DNA of 64,000 bases from Octopus vulgaris (Eukaryota), in NCBI GenBank assembly GCA_951406725.2, contig OX597820.1:4712001-4776000 (forward strand). Direction: 5' to 3'. Position 1 is the first letter of the stretch, and every line of letters begins with the position of its first letter. Below the pieces are notes generated by a model. That model was given only the letters and a program-made list of their open reading frames with translations. It searched no databases and was not told where the DNA came from. Below, one piece after another: positions 14,633 through 27,921 of the stretch. The translations under genes were made by a program, and so were the position numbers.

Positions 14633-15409
14633 TATGTATGTATGTATATATATATATATATATATATATGCATATGTATGTATGTATGTATATATATATG
14701 TATGTATGTATATATATATATATGCATATGTATGTATATATATATATGCATATGTATGTATATATATGCATATGTATCTATATATATATATATATATGCA
14801 TATGTATCTATATGTATATATGAATATATGTATATTTATGTATGTATATGTTTGTATTTATTTATTTATGTGTGTATGTGTATATATGTATGTGTATATA
14901 TATATATGTGTGTATGTATGTATGTATATATATATAATGTACATTTTTGTATCAGTGTGTATGTGCGCGTGCACACACACACGCAATGAACTGAATACAT
15001 TTTTCAGAAGTTGATGAGGAAATCTGAAGAGACGTTTATTACGAAAGTTATATAATGAGTCAGACATAATGGATGGATGGGGGGTGGAGCGGGTGGGGTG
15101 GGGTGAGTATAATTAAAGAGAGAGAGAGAGAGAGGTGTGTCTGTTGCCGTAGTATTAAGCAACAGCCTCTCCATCTTTGCGTATGTATGCGCAGATGCAG
15201 GCGCGCCCAGTGCCATGTGTGCAGCAGGCCATTGTGCAGTCACTGCATGCCAGTGTGTCAGTGTGTTCGTCAGAAGTCTTGTTTCTTCTCTTCTCTCTGC
15301 AGCTCCTCCTCTTCCTCCTCCTTCTCCCCCTGCAACTGTTTGGCTGCACCGAGAGAGAGAGAGAGACAACTGATTGTTTTAATCCGTCCTACTGGCGGCG
15401 TCGGTGCTG

Positions 15410-15665
15410 TGTGTGTGTGTGTGTGTGTGGTAGTTTGGTGGTGTGTGTGTGTGGTAGTTTGATGGTGGTGGTGGTGTGTGTGTGTGGTAGTTTGATGGTG
15501 GTGGTGGTGTGTGTGTGTGTGGTAGTTTGGTGGTGGTGGTGTGTGTGTGGTAGTTTGGTGGTGGTGGTGGTGTGTGTGTGTGTGTGTGGTAGTTTGGTGG
15601 TGGTGGTGGTGTGTGTGTGTGTGTGTGTGGTAGTTTGGTGGTGGTGGTGTGTGTGCGTGTGTGTG
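15410..15665. repeat. Compound repeat (GT)n-GGTAGTTT-(GGT)n, about 7-8 units
   Basis: ggtagttt recurs between GT and GGT runs. Confidence 0.85.
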
Positions 15666-15816
15666 ATAATAAGAATGCCTGTCTGCTTGGGGTGTGTGTG
15701 TGCCGTTGTTTTTGATTCTGACCAAAAATACTGTCACCTCCAGTAACAGTAACTCATCTCATATTTTCCAGTTTACAATAAACAATCTAAAATTTTCTGT
15801 AGTTCTTGCTCCCACC

Positions 15817-15967
15817 CACTAACGTAGCTAGGGGTGGGGCCAATAGGGGTGCGCCCCCGGGCGGCACCACTTTTGGGTCTGCTGTAGGCAATATATATTT
15901 TTTGTGAGGTCCGGGGAACTGCAAACGGAAGGGCTGCACCGGGCGGCAGACTCTAGCTACGCCAGTG
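15817..15967. mobile_element. hAT-type MITE
   Basis: TIRs CACTAACGTAGCTAG / CTAGCTACGCCAGTG (13 of 15 match); 8-bp TSD CTCCCACC at 15809-15816 and 15968-15975. Confidence 0.88.
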
Positions 15968-16778
15968 CTCCCACCCAGGGGCCATCGTAGCAATATTATA
16001 AACCCTTCGCTACCCCTCTAGTAACAGCAAACCGCAGCATGCATCGATCTTACTTGAATCCCTAGATCCGTGGAGTCCCTGTGCAAATAATCAGTACACG
16101 GGACCCTTTAGGATATATTTATTAACAGCGAACCACAGAATACCTTGATTAGATTTGGGCCCCTAAACTTGTGGGGCCCCTGGGTAACTATCTAGTGTGC
16201 TCTGCCCCACTTCCCTTCATTCCCCCTCTTTCTCTTCGCCAACTCCACCATCATTAACTTTTCCATCATTTTGTCTTCAATATAGTTATTATTATTATTA
16301 CTATTTTTCGTAAAGTTTTCGCTTTTTCAGTTTTTCGACCCCTTACATTACACCCCCTACTTTCCACCCCTGTCACTCTCCCTCTCACATTTTCTTAAAT
16401 CTCTCTGTAGCTGTTGAGATTCCTCCACCCCACCCGTTCTTGTTTTCTCAGCCAATGCGCTCCCCCCCCTTTCCCCTCTCTCCTGCATCTGATGCTCATT
16501 TCACTGTGTGAACAGATGGTTTACAGCTGGTGGAGAGTAAGGCGAGAGAGAGTAAGCATGGTTGACGAGTAGAGAAAGAGACACCAAAATGATGTTGTTG
16601 TTGTTGTTGTTTGTGGTGATGCTGCCGTTGCTAATGCCATGAAACTCCTGAAGAGTCTGGACTGGTCCTCCTCCATCCATTGGTTCTGTTTTTATTGCAG
16701 CAATACTGTTCTTCTTGACTCTCTCACACACATACACATTCGCACCTGCATTCTTGCAGATGCATTCTCCTATGTATG

Positions 16779-16850
<72 letters not shown>

Positions 16851-17034
16851 TACATAGTCACATATACACGTTGTGTTTGTTTCTACCACTCATAATTTAA
16901 ATACACACACATACACACAAGTCTTATCGCTTTCTCACCCACTCCGCGATATATTCATCAGACTTTTGTTATATGTATGTGTATGCGTGTGTGTATGTAT
17001 ATATGTCATTATATGTCACTAATCATATCTGTCA

Positions 17035-17258
17035 GGAAGAGGGTGTAATTCGACAGGAGGACTTAAACGACATGCAAAGGTACATGAAACCCAGTTACAA
17101 CTACAGCCGGCTATTTACCGGTAAAGGTTTTAGTTGCCAATTCTGTACAAGACATTGTAGATCTTTAGCTGGGCTAAAAAGTCACATTCGATCACAGCAC
17201 CAGTAACAGTTAAGCTTTGCGCAATGGCCATACTCGATAACGAGGGAGCAACCATCAT
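17035..17258 (+). mobile_element. RTE-clade LINE 3' end with C2H2 finger
   Basis: GFSCQFCTRHCRSLAGLKSHIRSQH-stop, then the short tail ccatactcgataacgagggagc; typical RTE ORF end. Confidence 0.65.
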
Positions 17259-17439
17259 GTATGTCATTATTCAGTTTTATTTCAAGATTTCTTGCCAATA
17301 GAGAAAGAGCCAGTTTCTAACTTAGATCCGTGGCTCCTTCAATGGGTTTTCGACATCAACAGGGTATGTATATATGCATGTATGCATACATGCAAATTTG
17401 TATGTTTTGCTTAATGTATGTATTCTCATGCATATAGCT

Positions 17440-17720
17440 ACATATCTAGACTTGCTCATATATATTTAAATGATTAACTCCTGGAAAGTTTTCACAGATT
17501 TTTACTGTTCCAGTGATGGATTGGATCTGTCGTCTTCGAATTAGCTTTCTCCTTTCTGGTTTTGAGAAGCCTAGTTTCTCAAGATTGGTATTTAGGCAAT
17601 GTGTTAACATTTGTATGTATGTATGTTCCATCTTTACCAACACTTCCCTATTTCTGACGATATCAACCGACAGAGGTTCAGTCTAAACATCCGCCATATT
17701 ATTGTTACTAGACTCAGAGA
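17440..17720 (-). mobile_element. R4/Dong-like (REL endonuclease) LINE 3' remnant
   Basis: THCLNTNLEKLGFSKPERRKLIRRRQIQSITGTVKIC resembles the terminal Q.....GT.KI motif of R4-clade ORFs. Confidence 0.5.
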
Positions 17721-17984
17721 GGTTTACAAATACTATGGGACACTGCCCTTCCGCCGTAAGATGAACGTCAATTTGCGTGTGTGTGTGTGTGTGTGTGTGT
17801 ACAGGGGCAGGCGCGCTTGTGTCGTCAAGAAGTTGAGTTCGTAACTACGCGTTCTCGAGTTCGGTCCCTATGCTGCGCCTCGCCTTGAAGTGTCTTCCAC
17901 TATAGCCCTGAGCCGACCAAAGCCTTGTGAGTGAATTCGGTGCACGAAAACTATATATTCTCTCTCTGTTTATTTCCTCTTATT

Positions 17985-18022
17985 TCTTTCTGATGAAGAG
18001 CGTAGGCTCGAAACATAAAAGA
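17985..18022 (+). ncRNA. Minimal hammerhead motif (GAGC/GCTC family)
   Basis: TCTTT-CTGATGA-A-GAGC-gtag-GCTC-GAAA-CATA-AAAGA; flanks homologous to the 8.4-kb copy. Confidence 0.7.
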
Positions 18023-18130
18023 CTTTCTTACTTTCCCGAACGTCAAACTAATACACTTGCTTGTTGTTCATATACCTGTATTCGTCTTTTATATATATAT
18101 ATATGTGTGTGTGTGTGTATGTGTGTGTTT

Positions 18131-18165
<35 letters not shown>

Positions 18166-20302
18166 ACTGTATTCATCAATCTATTGGCTGTTGTTATACT
18201 CCGCTAGCCACAGTGCGCTTCCTCGGATTGTTTTAGCTTTCCAATGGTGTCATCCCGCCAGCTTGACGAGCAGGCCAACGTCCTTCCTGAACGAAACTTC
18301 AGTCCATCTCGGGGTTGCTCATTTGTAGCGAGGTGGAGTGGAGCAGCAATAAACGCAGCGCACCGCCAGTCTGGGAATCGAAACCCCAATCATTCGATCG
18401 TGCGTGCAATACCCTAACCACTAACCCACGCCCTCTTACCTATAAACCTTCGTTAAGCAGACTTTGGGGGTTTGGGGTATCTTTAGTCCTTTTTATTTTC
18501 ACTTCGTATGGGAAAATCTCTTCCTACGTTCCTGTAGATTTTTGATCAAGTTCTCACCATGGCTTTGTTTATTGGTGTTTGGCGAACAAACTGCTCAAAA
18601 TCCTCTCCACCCTCTTCTTTGTATTTTTATGGGTTTCATCAACTCCTTCGGTTGTTTCTGTTTGTAACGGAGGCGACCAGGAGGGGCTTTGATGTCTTCC
18701 TTTTCCATGTTGTTGTTGTTGTTGTTTCTTTTGATGTGTTTGTTGTAATGCTTTCTTGGTGTTCATGTTGTAGTTCGTGTTTCTCGTTTTGTTTCTGCTA
18801 TTTTCTCTTTCTTTTTAATTGTAGTCATTGTTTTTGCTATTTTGCTTTTCTTTGTCGGTGGTGGTGGTCGTAGTAGTGGCTGCGAGAATGTTCGGCAAGT
18901 TTTTCGATGTCGTTAAATCTTGCCGACTTCCGAATCTCTAATTTCCTTCTCCCTCTTCGCTATGTTATTTCACCAAAGTCCTTGTTTTTCGTCTTCGTTC
19001 TTTGATAAAATGCCGGGTAGGGTGGGAAGACAATCGGAAAAGCTGCAAAGCAACGTTCTATCCGTACATATGTGTGTCGATCCTCCACCGAGGTCTTTCT
19101 AGCCAAGGCCCTTGCCTAGTTTTTCCATCATACATGGATCAAGACTTCAACGCCAGTTCAGGATCACCGAATGAACTCGCGTATAAGCCGCACCCGTATA
19201 TAGGGTCTCGCTCTAATTTTTGTTTGAAATTTTAGTACAAAATTTATTTTTTCCCTCTATAGTTTTAGCTTTGCCCCTTGTATAAAATGCATCCCTTTTA
19301 AAATCAATTATGTTAAAATCAATTATGTATGAATGAATGCGATCGTTTTGTTCGCGATGTCATTTTATGTTTGGAATTGTATCTCGAGTTAACTGTGAAA
19401 GCCACGTGAAGTTACCTTTCATAACACACTCAGTTCTGGTGGCACAGCCAACATTTCCAAATTTTCCATCCACCGAGCCATACATATTGACTTGAAGATA
19501 AATCCAGCACTCTTGAGAGACTTTGAGAATCACTGCAAGCCCTTGTCCCGTTTTATTCGTCTCTGCCATTTCTCTATCTGGACATGCGTGACACTTTCCA
19601 TTCGCTGACCCTTCACTGTCACGTGCTGTGATGTCAGCGTTTCTTTCTTTTTTCTTCTTTTTTTTCCGGGCAGTTTCGGGGCCTCCTGCCGTCAGTCCCG
19701 TTGGATCTTGAATTTCCTCTCTCACTTTTTCGTTTCTGATTATTATTTTATTTATTTCATTTTATTTTTTGGGGCGCAATAAAATTGCCGAAGACTTCGT
19801 TTGTGGATTCACCGGTGTACACTTCTGTCCAATATAACATTATTCAATTTGGCAGTTTTTCTTTACATACGATAATGTGTTTATCAAAGGCAAAACATGG
19901 ACAAAACCTGCCAACGAGAAATGTAAACACTTTCATCCGCATCAAACAACCTTATAAGCACAACACTTATGTTGACATTCATAGTTTGGGTGGGGCGTGG
20001 ATTATGTCCTTCTTAATTAGCTGATGTTTCTAGCAAAATTTGTTGAACGTGAATTGGGAAGAAGACAGAGACTTCGAAGTCGAGAATTTCTTTTGGAATA
20101 TTTTGATTGGTAGTTCATGGCTTCTGATAGGAGATTTATTATCGAAGAGTGCCGAACCTGTCGTCATTGTTGCTACTTCTGCTGGTGGTGGTGTTGTCTT
20201 CGAATGCTTATTTGGTAAAGGGGTTTGTCACAAGAATCAACAGTTCCTGTGAAAACAGCAAATTGAAACCTGTTTGAATCGTTGCCAGCGTTGACATAAA
20301 AC

Positions 20303-20428
20303 ATGTGCCAATGGCAGCAACGATCGGGGGGCGGCGGCGTAGGAGCAGCAGGAGGCGGTGGTGGTGGTGGTGGAGGTGGTGGTGACAGCGACGGGTTCAA
20401 CATGGCGGGGAGAGAAGTTTTATTGCTT
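20303..20428 (+). other. Candidate 5' exon (possibly coding, Gly-rich)
   Basis: CpG-rich segment with AACATGGCG (Kozak/YY1-like) and a strong donor CTT|gtaagt at 20429. Phase 0 does not join directly to the phase-1 exon at 39633. Confidence 0.3.
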
Positions 20429-20511
20429 GTAAGTTGGCCAAACATTTGTACTTCTTCATTCTGGTTTGTTTTCTCAGTTTTCGTATTAGCTTCTTTTTTT
20501 TTTCTTGATCA

Positions 20512-20557
<46 letters not shown>

Positions 20558-21091
20558 AGGTCTGTTGTTTAGGCAGATATTTCATTCAGTTCCGCCACAC
20601 CACCTCTCTACCGCCGCCTATACTTTACATACTAATGAGAAACAATTAGTAAAACCTAGAGTCAATGAGTGAACAACAAGTTGTTACCCCAACATCGCTG
20701 CGTGTGTATACAAACACTGACCTGGTGGTGGTGGCCATTATTTAGACTCTTTAATTAAACATTCACTGAAACATCTCGTTAAACAACTCTGGCACATGGA
20801 GCGACACTGACAACGAGATCTTGTTTACATTGATGGGGGGGGGGGGAAGTGATGGTATACGGGGGTGGTTGCGTTGGTGGGGGTGTGGTAGGGGTGGTGA
20901 TGGCGATGTTATAGCGTGTGTGGGCGGTGATGGTGATGGTGGTGCTGCTGGTGCAGGTGTTGTTAGTGGTGGTGGAGGTGGTGGAGGTGGTGGTGGTGGT
21001 GGCATTTCATTGTCGTTGTCATCGTCGGTGGTGTTGGTGGTAACAAGCTTTTGCAAATGATGAACTCGCAAACACTCGGCTCTCCATCCGC

Positions 21092-21105
21092 TGACGTCAC
21101 TTCCT
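21092..21105. promoter_or_regulatory. Overlapping CRE + ETS composite motif, candidate promoter
   Basis: TGACGTCACTTCCT (reverse strand AGGAAGTGACGTCA) in a locally CpG-retaining unique segment, just upstream of where CpG depletion starts. Possible donor CAT|gtatgt at 21245. Confidence 0.55.
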
Positions 21106-21724
21106 CCGTTTCCACCGCCAGTCTCTAGATGTAATCAAATAGGTAGAAGGACTGAGCTGGTCTCTGTCCCCAAGATTGATACAAGACGCCTGACAAACCG
21201 ACTGAAATATACATCGCTAAAGATATCCAATAAGGCTGAAACATGTATGTTACCTTCACCAGTTCTCTTTAGAAACAACATCCACTTCTAAGTGCATTGT
21301 CTTCTTTATTTTCCAAAACTTATGGTTACCAGATTGTGGTAATATTCCCTGCTTGTTTCTTTTTATTTTGAACACTCTTGTAGGGAGTTTTGCCTGCTAA
21401 CTGTAAGGATAATCTTAGCTATTCAGAGTTCCTCAACTCACTCTCTTATTTATGTAAGGCCCCACCAGAGAAGTTTTCACGCTGAGAATTCTTAAAACGG
21501 TTGGTTGTCTTTGGCTTAAAAACAATCGTTGGTTCCTGTTGTGGCTCATTCTTTAAGCTGGAATCAAACTATTAATTATTGATGATTACCCCCACCTACC
21601 AGTTCTGATTGAATATGGTATTCCAGCCGTGACCCACCTGTTCTTTTTATATTCAGGATTGCATTGTACAATTCTTATTTCTATCATGGCTCTTTCCATG
21701 CATCAACACTTTTTAGAATTTACT

Positions 21725-21927
21725 TACTCTTTTATTTGTTTCAGTCATTTGACTGCGGCCATGCTGGAGCACCGCCTTTAGTCGAGCAAATCAACCCCGG
21801 GACTTATTCTTTGTAAGCCCAGTACTTATTCTATCGATCTCTTTTGCCAAACCGCTAAGTGACGGGGACGTAAACACACCAGCATCGGTTGTCAATCAAT
21901 GCTAGGGAGACAAGCACAGACACACAA

Positions 21928-21958
<31 letters not shown>

Positions 21959-22126
21959 CATATATACGACGGGCTTCTTTCAGTTTCCGTATACCAAATC
22001 CACTCACAAGGCTTTGGTTGGCCCGAGGCTATAGTAGAAGACACTTGCCCAAGGTTCCACGCAGTGGGACTGAACCCGGAACCATGTGGTTAGTAAGCAA
22101 GCTACTTACCACACAGCCACTCCTGC
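21725..22126 (-). mobile_element. tRNA-derived CORE-like SINE with central (CA)/(TA) microsatellite (family A), near-intact copy
   Basis: Head TGGCTGTGTGGTAAG...GGTTCAGTCCC, then CCTTGGGCAAGTG; tail ...CCAGCATGGCCGCAGTCAAATGACTGAAACA. Other copies at about 3470-3886(-), 4912-5312(+), 5635-6010(-), 8259-8375(+), 14240-14395(+), 17810-17950(+), 24765-25100(-), 27700-28088(-), 32030-32450(+), 35305-35765(+), 44745-45070(+), 46250-46530(-), 57245-57562(+), 63360-63955(+). Confidence 0.9.
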
Positions 22127-23599
22127 TGAAGAATTCCTTCAACCCAAATTGTCATGTTCCTTGCACCACCACCACCACCACCACCACTGCTAGAGCTCCC
22201 TAAATAATATTCCAGGAGCAAACCTAATCTTAGTCCTCCATAGAAGAGATTTTCTTTCTTGATTCACCCTCTTGCCATCATCTCCGTCATCGTCGTCATC
22301 ATCATCCGTGCTGCTGCTGTTGTTGTTGTTTAATGTTATGCAATTGCCTGTTGTAAGCTGAAGTCTGCAGAAAGTGTAAGAATGAGAGGAGGGTGGTGGT
22401 GGTAGTTGTGGGGGGTGGGGGTGGGTGGAGGTAGTTAAACATGTTACCAGTGGCTAATTAAATGTCCGTTGAGGATTCGTTGATATTATGACTAAATCTG
22501 TGAGTGTCCACAGAGAGACAACATGATATTGTTATATAAACACCAATCAGCTGGAACACCCAGCTTCTCTATTTACACAATATCACCTTCCTTCTTGGTT
22601 TTTCGAGGGTGGGGAAGTAGGGGGTGGGTGGCTGCTAGATTTATTCTTCAACTGACAATATGCTCCACTCCCTCCCCTCTCCTCCTCATCTCTCATTTTT
22701 TTTTCTTATCTCTCACCATCACCACCACCACCCTCTCATCCTCTTTCTCTCTCCTTTTTTCCCCCCCACATCGTCTCTGCACCATCCTCCCTCTTCTCTG
22801 TCTTATTCTTTATTCTACGTTTTTCTTGGTTCTCCGCTTCCATTTCTCTCGTTAGAGCTATTAGTTCTACCTAGCTTCAAATTCCTTGTTTCTCAACATC
22901 ACCGCCATCACCGCCATCATCATCATCACCACCATCACTAGCAGCAGCATCATCATCACCATCATCACCATCATTGTATATCTGTTAGTTTTACCTGTGT
23001 TTTGTTTGTACTGCTATAGTCAAATATATACACCCGGTGGTTGCTTGTGTGTGTGTTTGTGTGTGTATACCATACGCTATATAATGGTTGTGTGTGTGTG
23101 TGTGTGTGTGTACCCTTTAAATGTTAAATCTCATCATAGTAGAATCAGTAGGTCATGTGACTCAATTGTTATAGTATTTAGATGATCTTTCCTTCTTGTT
23201 ATTTCACCAAGATATTATTATATCTTAAGAGAAAAACTTCCACTGTCTTCGTGTTGCTTTTTGTTTTGTCTTCCTGTCCTATTTTATAACTGGCTGCCTC
23301 TTCCTCACTTGGCAGCTGCTGCACAATATATACAGCCACAAGTCTGCAACAGAGACACTACAATGGTAAAGAACTTTAAGTTTAGAAAACCATTCAAGGA
23401 GTACTTCAAAGAGTTCGCTCTTAAGTTGTGTCTTCAGATACAAAATAAAAACAAAAGCCTTTATGAAATAAATCCAGCGATCTTCAGTTCTTGTTTAATT
23501 CTGTAACCAACAACTACAAAAAAAAAAAAGAACAAAACCCATCCAGAAAATTGCTAATTATAAATTTCACAACGTGAGATATTCAGCAACAGTACTTTT

Positions 23600-23840
23600 G
23601 AGTAAAATTGTTTGCAGTCTTGGTTTAGGACTGAGTGGGGGTGCTAGATGCCCTTGTTCGAAAATATAAGGACACAGATCGTGTCGTATAGCCAGCTGGA
23701 GACAATGTCTCCTGGGGCTAAATTACAGCAACATTCGTCCTAAACCAGGACTGCCATGTTATGTTGGCAAATAATCTCTACTTAAAAACCATCCAGGTTT
23801 AAAATTTTTTACAACAACATCGGCCCAGAAGCAGAAATAT
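23600..23840 (-). mobile_element. Possible decayed Tc1/mariner (DD37D-like) transposase fragment
   Basis: Minus strand gives FKPG...YIFEQGHLAPP, echoing FFKPG...YVFQQDSAPAH; heavily frameshifted. Confidence 0.3.
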
Positions 23841-24927
23841 TTTTTGTTATGATTTCAACGTTAGAGTATCCAGCTTTAAAAGGCCATATTGTACTTTTAA
23901 AGATAATTAAGGTTGCTCTAACGAACAACCTCTCAACATGACCTGTCAATCCAATTAACAGATATTGACATAATTAGTAAACTTATTCTAAATAGATAAT
24001 AGCCAAAATTAGGAGAGCTTCACATTGACCTCTTTGGAAAAATGCCAATTCTCTAATTACTCCGTTTCAATTCCTACCCTAAAATAGAAAACTGTTTCTT
24101 TTTCTCTTTTATAAATTTGACATGAGAATCTATTATCATAACCCTAACCCTCTTTTACCAAACCCTTTTAAATGATCTTAATTTCTCTAAAAATTTCTCT
24201 TCCTCTCTATCCCGACAAGTTAACACCATTTTAAATGCTAGAAAATCTGTGGTTTTTTTTTGGTTTTTTTTTTTTTGCTGTTAATAACGTATTTAGATTA
24301 GATGACAATTTTCTAACGTTCCTTCCTGCAACAGCACAAGAACCAGAAGTCATATTGGATGACCCAAACGTTTAACACCAATTATTCAACACTTTCATTA
24401 CAAAACTCGTTAATGTCTATTTATTTCTACACAAAAATTAATTATATTCTATGTATTTGTGGCTCATTAATTGACGAGAGATACGTAAAACTAGGCTTAT
24501 TAATTACCTAATAACTTCACCTTTGTTGTCATTGCTGACGTCAAACTGAACCAACTTTTGACTTTACTGTTTAACTCTGTGAAGGAATGTTTGGGACCAA
24601 TTTAGAGATGATGGCAGCAGGGGTAAGGGAGGAGGGGCGGGGGCTGTTAATGGTGTGATTCTTTATTAAGTAAACCGGTTCCCTGGCAACCCCAACCTTA
24701 AAACAGACACCCTGATCCCAACCAATTTTCGATTACAACTTTTTATTTTTTCCTTGTCCTTTTGTTCTCTTATTTGTTTGTCATTTGACTGTGGCCATGC
24801 TGCAGCACTGCCTTTGGTCAAGCAAATCGGTCCCATGACTTTGTAAGCCTAGCACTTATTCTATCGGATGCAAACACACCAGCATCGGCCATCAAGTGAT
24901 GTTGTGGGGGACAGACAAACATGTATA

Positions 24928-24959
<32 letters not shown>

Positions 24960-26002
24960 CGATGGGCTTCTTTCGGTTTCTGTTTACCAAATCCACTCAC
25001 AAGGCTTTGGTCGACCTGAGGCTATAGTAGAAAATGCTTGCCCTAGGTACCATGCAATGAGACTGAACCCAGAACCTGTGGTTGGTAAGCCACCCCTGCA
25101 CCTATATATATATATATATATTTGTTCCTTTTCTTGTCTCCTTTATTCTTCTGACTGATTGCAGCACACACACATCTGATTCCTTTTAACTCCAGATTTA
25201 TTTGTTCCACTCTGACATTTCAGAACCAGTGAAGCATGCTGATGTCACTCCAGGCCCAGCCATGCGTGCTCACCTGGCTTCTTTCTAGTCTTCACCTCCC
25301 CCACCATGACCACCACCACTTCACTTTCCAATACCCATACAACACCCCACTTCATGCACAACCATCATGCAATTTACCTTACTTTCAGAAACATAATCCC
25401 TTTGTTGTCAGTAGGGGTATTTGGTCCATGAACCTTTTCTACCCCATTCTTATTCTGGTTGCCATGGTTTTAAAATGCTAATTAGGTCATCAGCATAGCA
25501 AGAACTGTCACCTAATTCTAGGGAATCTTCCTGGAATTTGAAAAAAATGTACTGTTTTTGCTGCTAATTGCTTCTGTGCTTCTGCTACATATGATATATT
25601 TTGTCAGCCTGCCTGTGACCCCACTACACCTGGGTACACTGTATGACACTCTTCCCTACTTTTTGTCTGATCAAGCATAACTACTCTCCAGGTGGCAGCA
25701 GTGGTACTATCATGTTTTCTTACCTTGTAAATAAAATTTTAGCCCCTTCTAGGTTTGCTTTGACACCTTTTAAGTTCCAGGTTTTGCTCCTATCCTTGGA
25801 ATTACTTGTATAGCTCTTCAACAGACCCAACCTTTCGATGTACATCATCATCATACAGAGGTCCTCAGGGATGGTCACTTTTAATTAAACTCCTCTGTCA
25901 TGGTCTGGAAGCATGGTAAACAAAAGAAGACTGAAAAATTGTATTCTGATAGACACCTGCCTACATCCGAGATTCTTTGAATTTGTTACTAATTCCTTCC
26001 TT

Positions 26003-27324
26003 CTAAATGGTACCTGCCTGCTGTGTGTGGTACCTTCTTAATGGTATCTGTCTGCAGTGTGTAGTACCTTCTTAATGGTACCTGCCTGCTGTGTGTGGTA
26101 CCTTCTTAATGGTATCTGTCTGCAGTGTGTAGTACCTTCTTAATGGTATCTGTCTGCAGTGTGTAGTACCTTCTTAATGGTACCTGCCTGCTGTGTGTGG
26201 TACCTTCTTAATGGTATCTGTCTGCAGTGTGTAGTACCTTCTTAATGGTACCTGCCTGCTGTGTGTGGTACCTTCTTAATGGTATCTGTCTGCAGTGTGT
26301 AGTACCTTCTTAATGGTACCTGCCTGCTGTGTGTGGTACCTTCTTAATGGTACTGTCTGCAGTGTGTAGTACCTTCTTAATGGTACCTGTCTGCTGTGTG
26401 TGGTACCTTCTTAATGGTATCTGTCTGCAGTGTGTAGTACCTTCTTAATGGTACCTGCCTGCTGTGTGTGGTACCTTCTTAATGGTATCTGTCTGCAGTG
26501 TGTAGTACCTTCTTAATGGTATCTGTCTGCAGTGTGTAGTACCTTCTTAATGGTACCTGCCTGCTGTGTGGTACCTTCTTAATGGTATCTGTCTGCAGTG
26601 TGTAGTACCTTCTTAATGGTACCTGCCTGCTGTGTGTGGTACCTTCTTAATGGTACCTGCCTGCTGTGTGTGGTACCTTCTTAATGGTATCTGTCTGCAG
26701 TGTGTAGTACCTTCTTAATGGTACCTGCCTGCTGTGTGTGGTACCTTCTTAATGGTATCTGTCTGCAGTGTGTAGTACCTTCTTAATGGTACCTGCCTGC
26801 TGTGTGTGGTACCTTCTTAATGGTACTTGTCTGCAGTGTGTGGTACCTTCTTAATGGTACTTGTCTGCTGTGTGTGGTACCTTCTTAATGGTATCTGTCT
26901 GCAGTGTGTAGTACCTTCTTAATGGTACCTGCCTGCTGTGTGTGGTACCTTCTTAATGGTATCTGTCTGCAGTGTGTAGTACCTTCTTAATGGTATCTGT
27001 CTGCAGTGTGTAGTACCTTCTTAATGGTACCTGCCTGCTGTGTGTGTACCTTCTTAATGGTATCTGTCTGCAGTGTGTAGTACCTTCTTAATGGTACCTG
27101 CCTGCTGTGTGTGGTACCTTCTTAATGGTACTTGTCTGCAGTGTGTGGTACCTTCTTAATGGTACTTGTCTGCTGTGTGTGGTACCTTCTTAATGGTATC
27201 TGTCTGCAGTGTGTAGTACCTTCTTAATGGTACCTGCCTGCTGTGTGTGGTACCTTCTTAATGGTATCTGTCTGCAGTGTGTGGTACCTTCTTAATGGTA
27301 CCTGTCTGCAGTGTGTGGTACCTT
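26003..27324. repeat. 34-bp minisatellite, 39 units, variant units A/B/C/D
   Basis: A=cttaatggtacctgcctgctgtgtgtggtacctt, B=cttaatggtatctgtctgcagtgtgtagtacctt. 39x34 minus 4 deleted bases equals the 1322 bp observed. Confidence 0.97.
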
Positions 27325-27872
27325 GTCAGACACCTTTTCTAGATCAGTGAATGCTAGGCTTAATGGTTGGCTTTTTTTCTTGTATCATTGGGAAAAGGAT
27401 ATCAGTGGTGCCCCCTATTGTCGCACAAACTGCAACGCATTTCGTTTAATTCCTCTTCCTCTTCCTCTTCCAACTAATTCCGTTAAATCCATAATTTTGT
27501 CCTGCAGTTTCTTGCCTCCACAGTTTGTTCTTTCTGTAGAATCTTCATTTCTTTCGTAACAGTTGAACAGTCTTTAGACACCAGTCTTTGGAAAAGACCC
27601 CTCTTCCTCTCTCACCTGTAGTACCTAAATAATGTGTGGACCCTTGAGGGTCAGCTGCTTTCCTTGCTTTCAGATCTGTTACTACACCGCACATATTCTT
27701 TAATTCTTTTCAGTCATTTTGACTGTGGCCATGCTGGAGCACCACCTTTAGTTGAACAAATCGACCCCAGGACTTATTGTCTGTAAGCTTAGTACTTAGT
27801 CTCTCGGTCTCTTTTGCCGAACCACTAAGTGACGGGGATGTAAACACACTAACACACACACACACACAAACA

Positions 27873-27921
<49 letters not shown>

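Noticed and set aside
16973-17206. Host C2H2 zinc-finger gene
   Set aside because: Single terminal finger followed by an RTE-like tail, with no splice context; better explained as a LINE 3' end.
26003-27324. CRISPR-like array (constant hairpin alternating with variable segments)
   Set aside because: The variable segments are only about four recurring near-identical variants, not unique spacers; no cas genes; eukaryotic intron.
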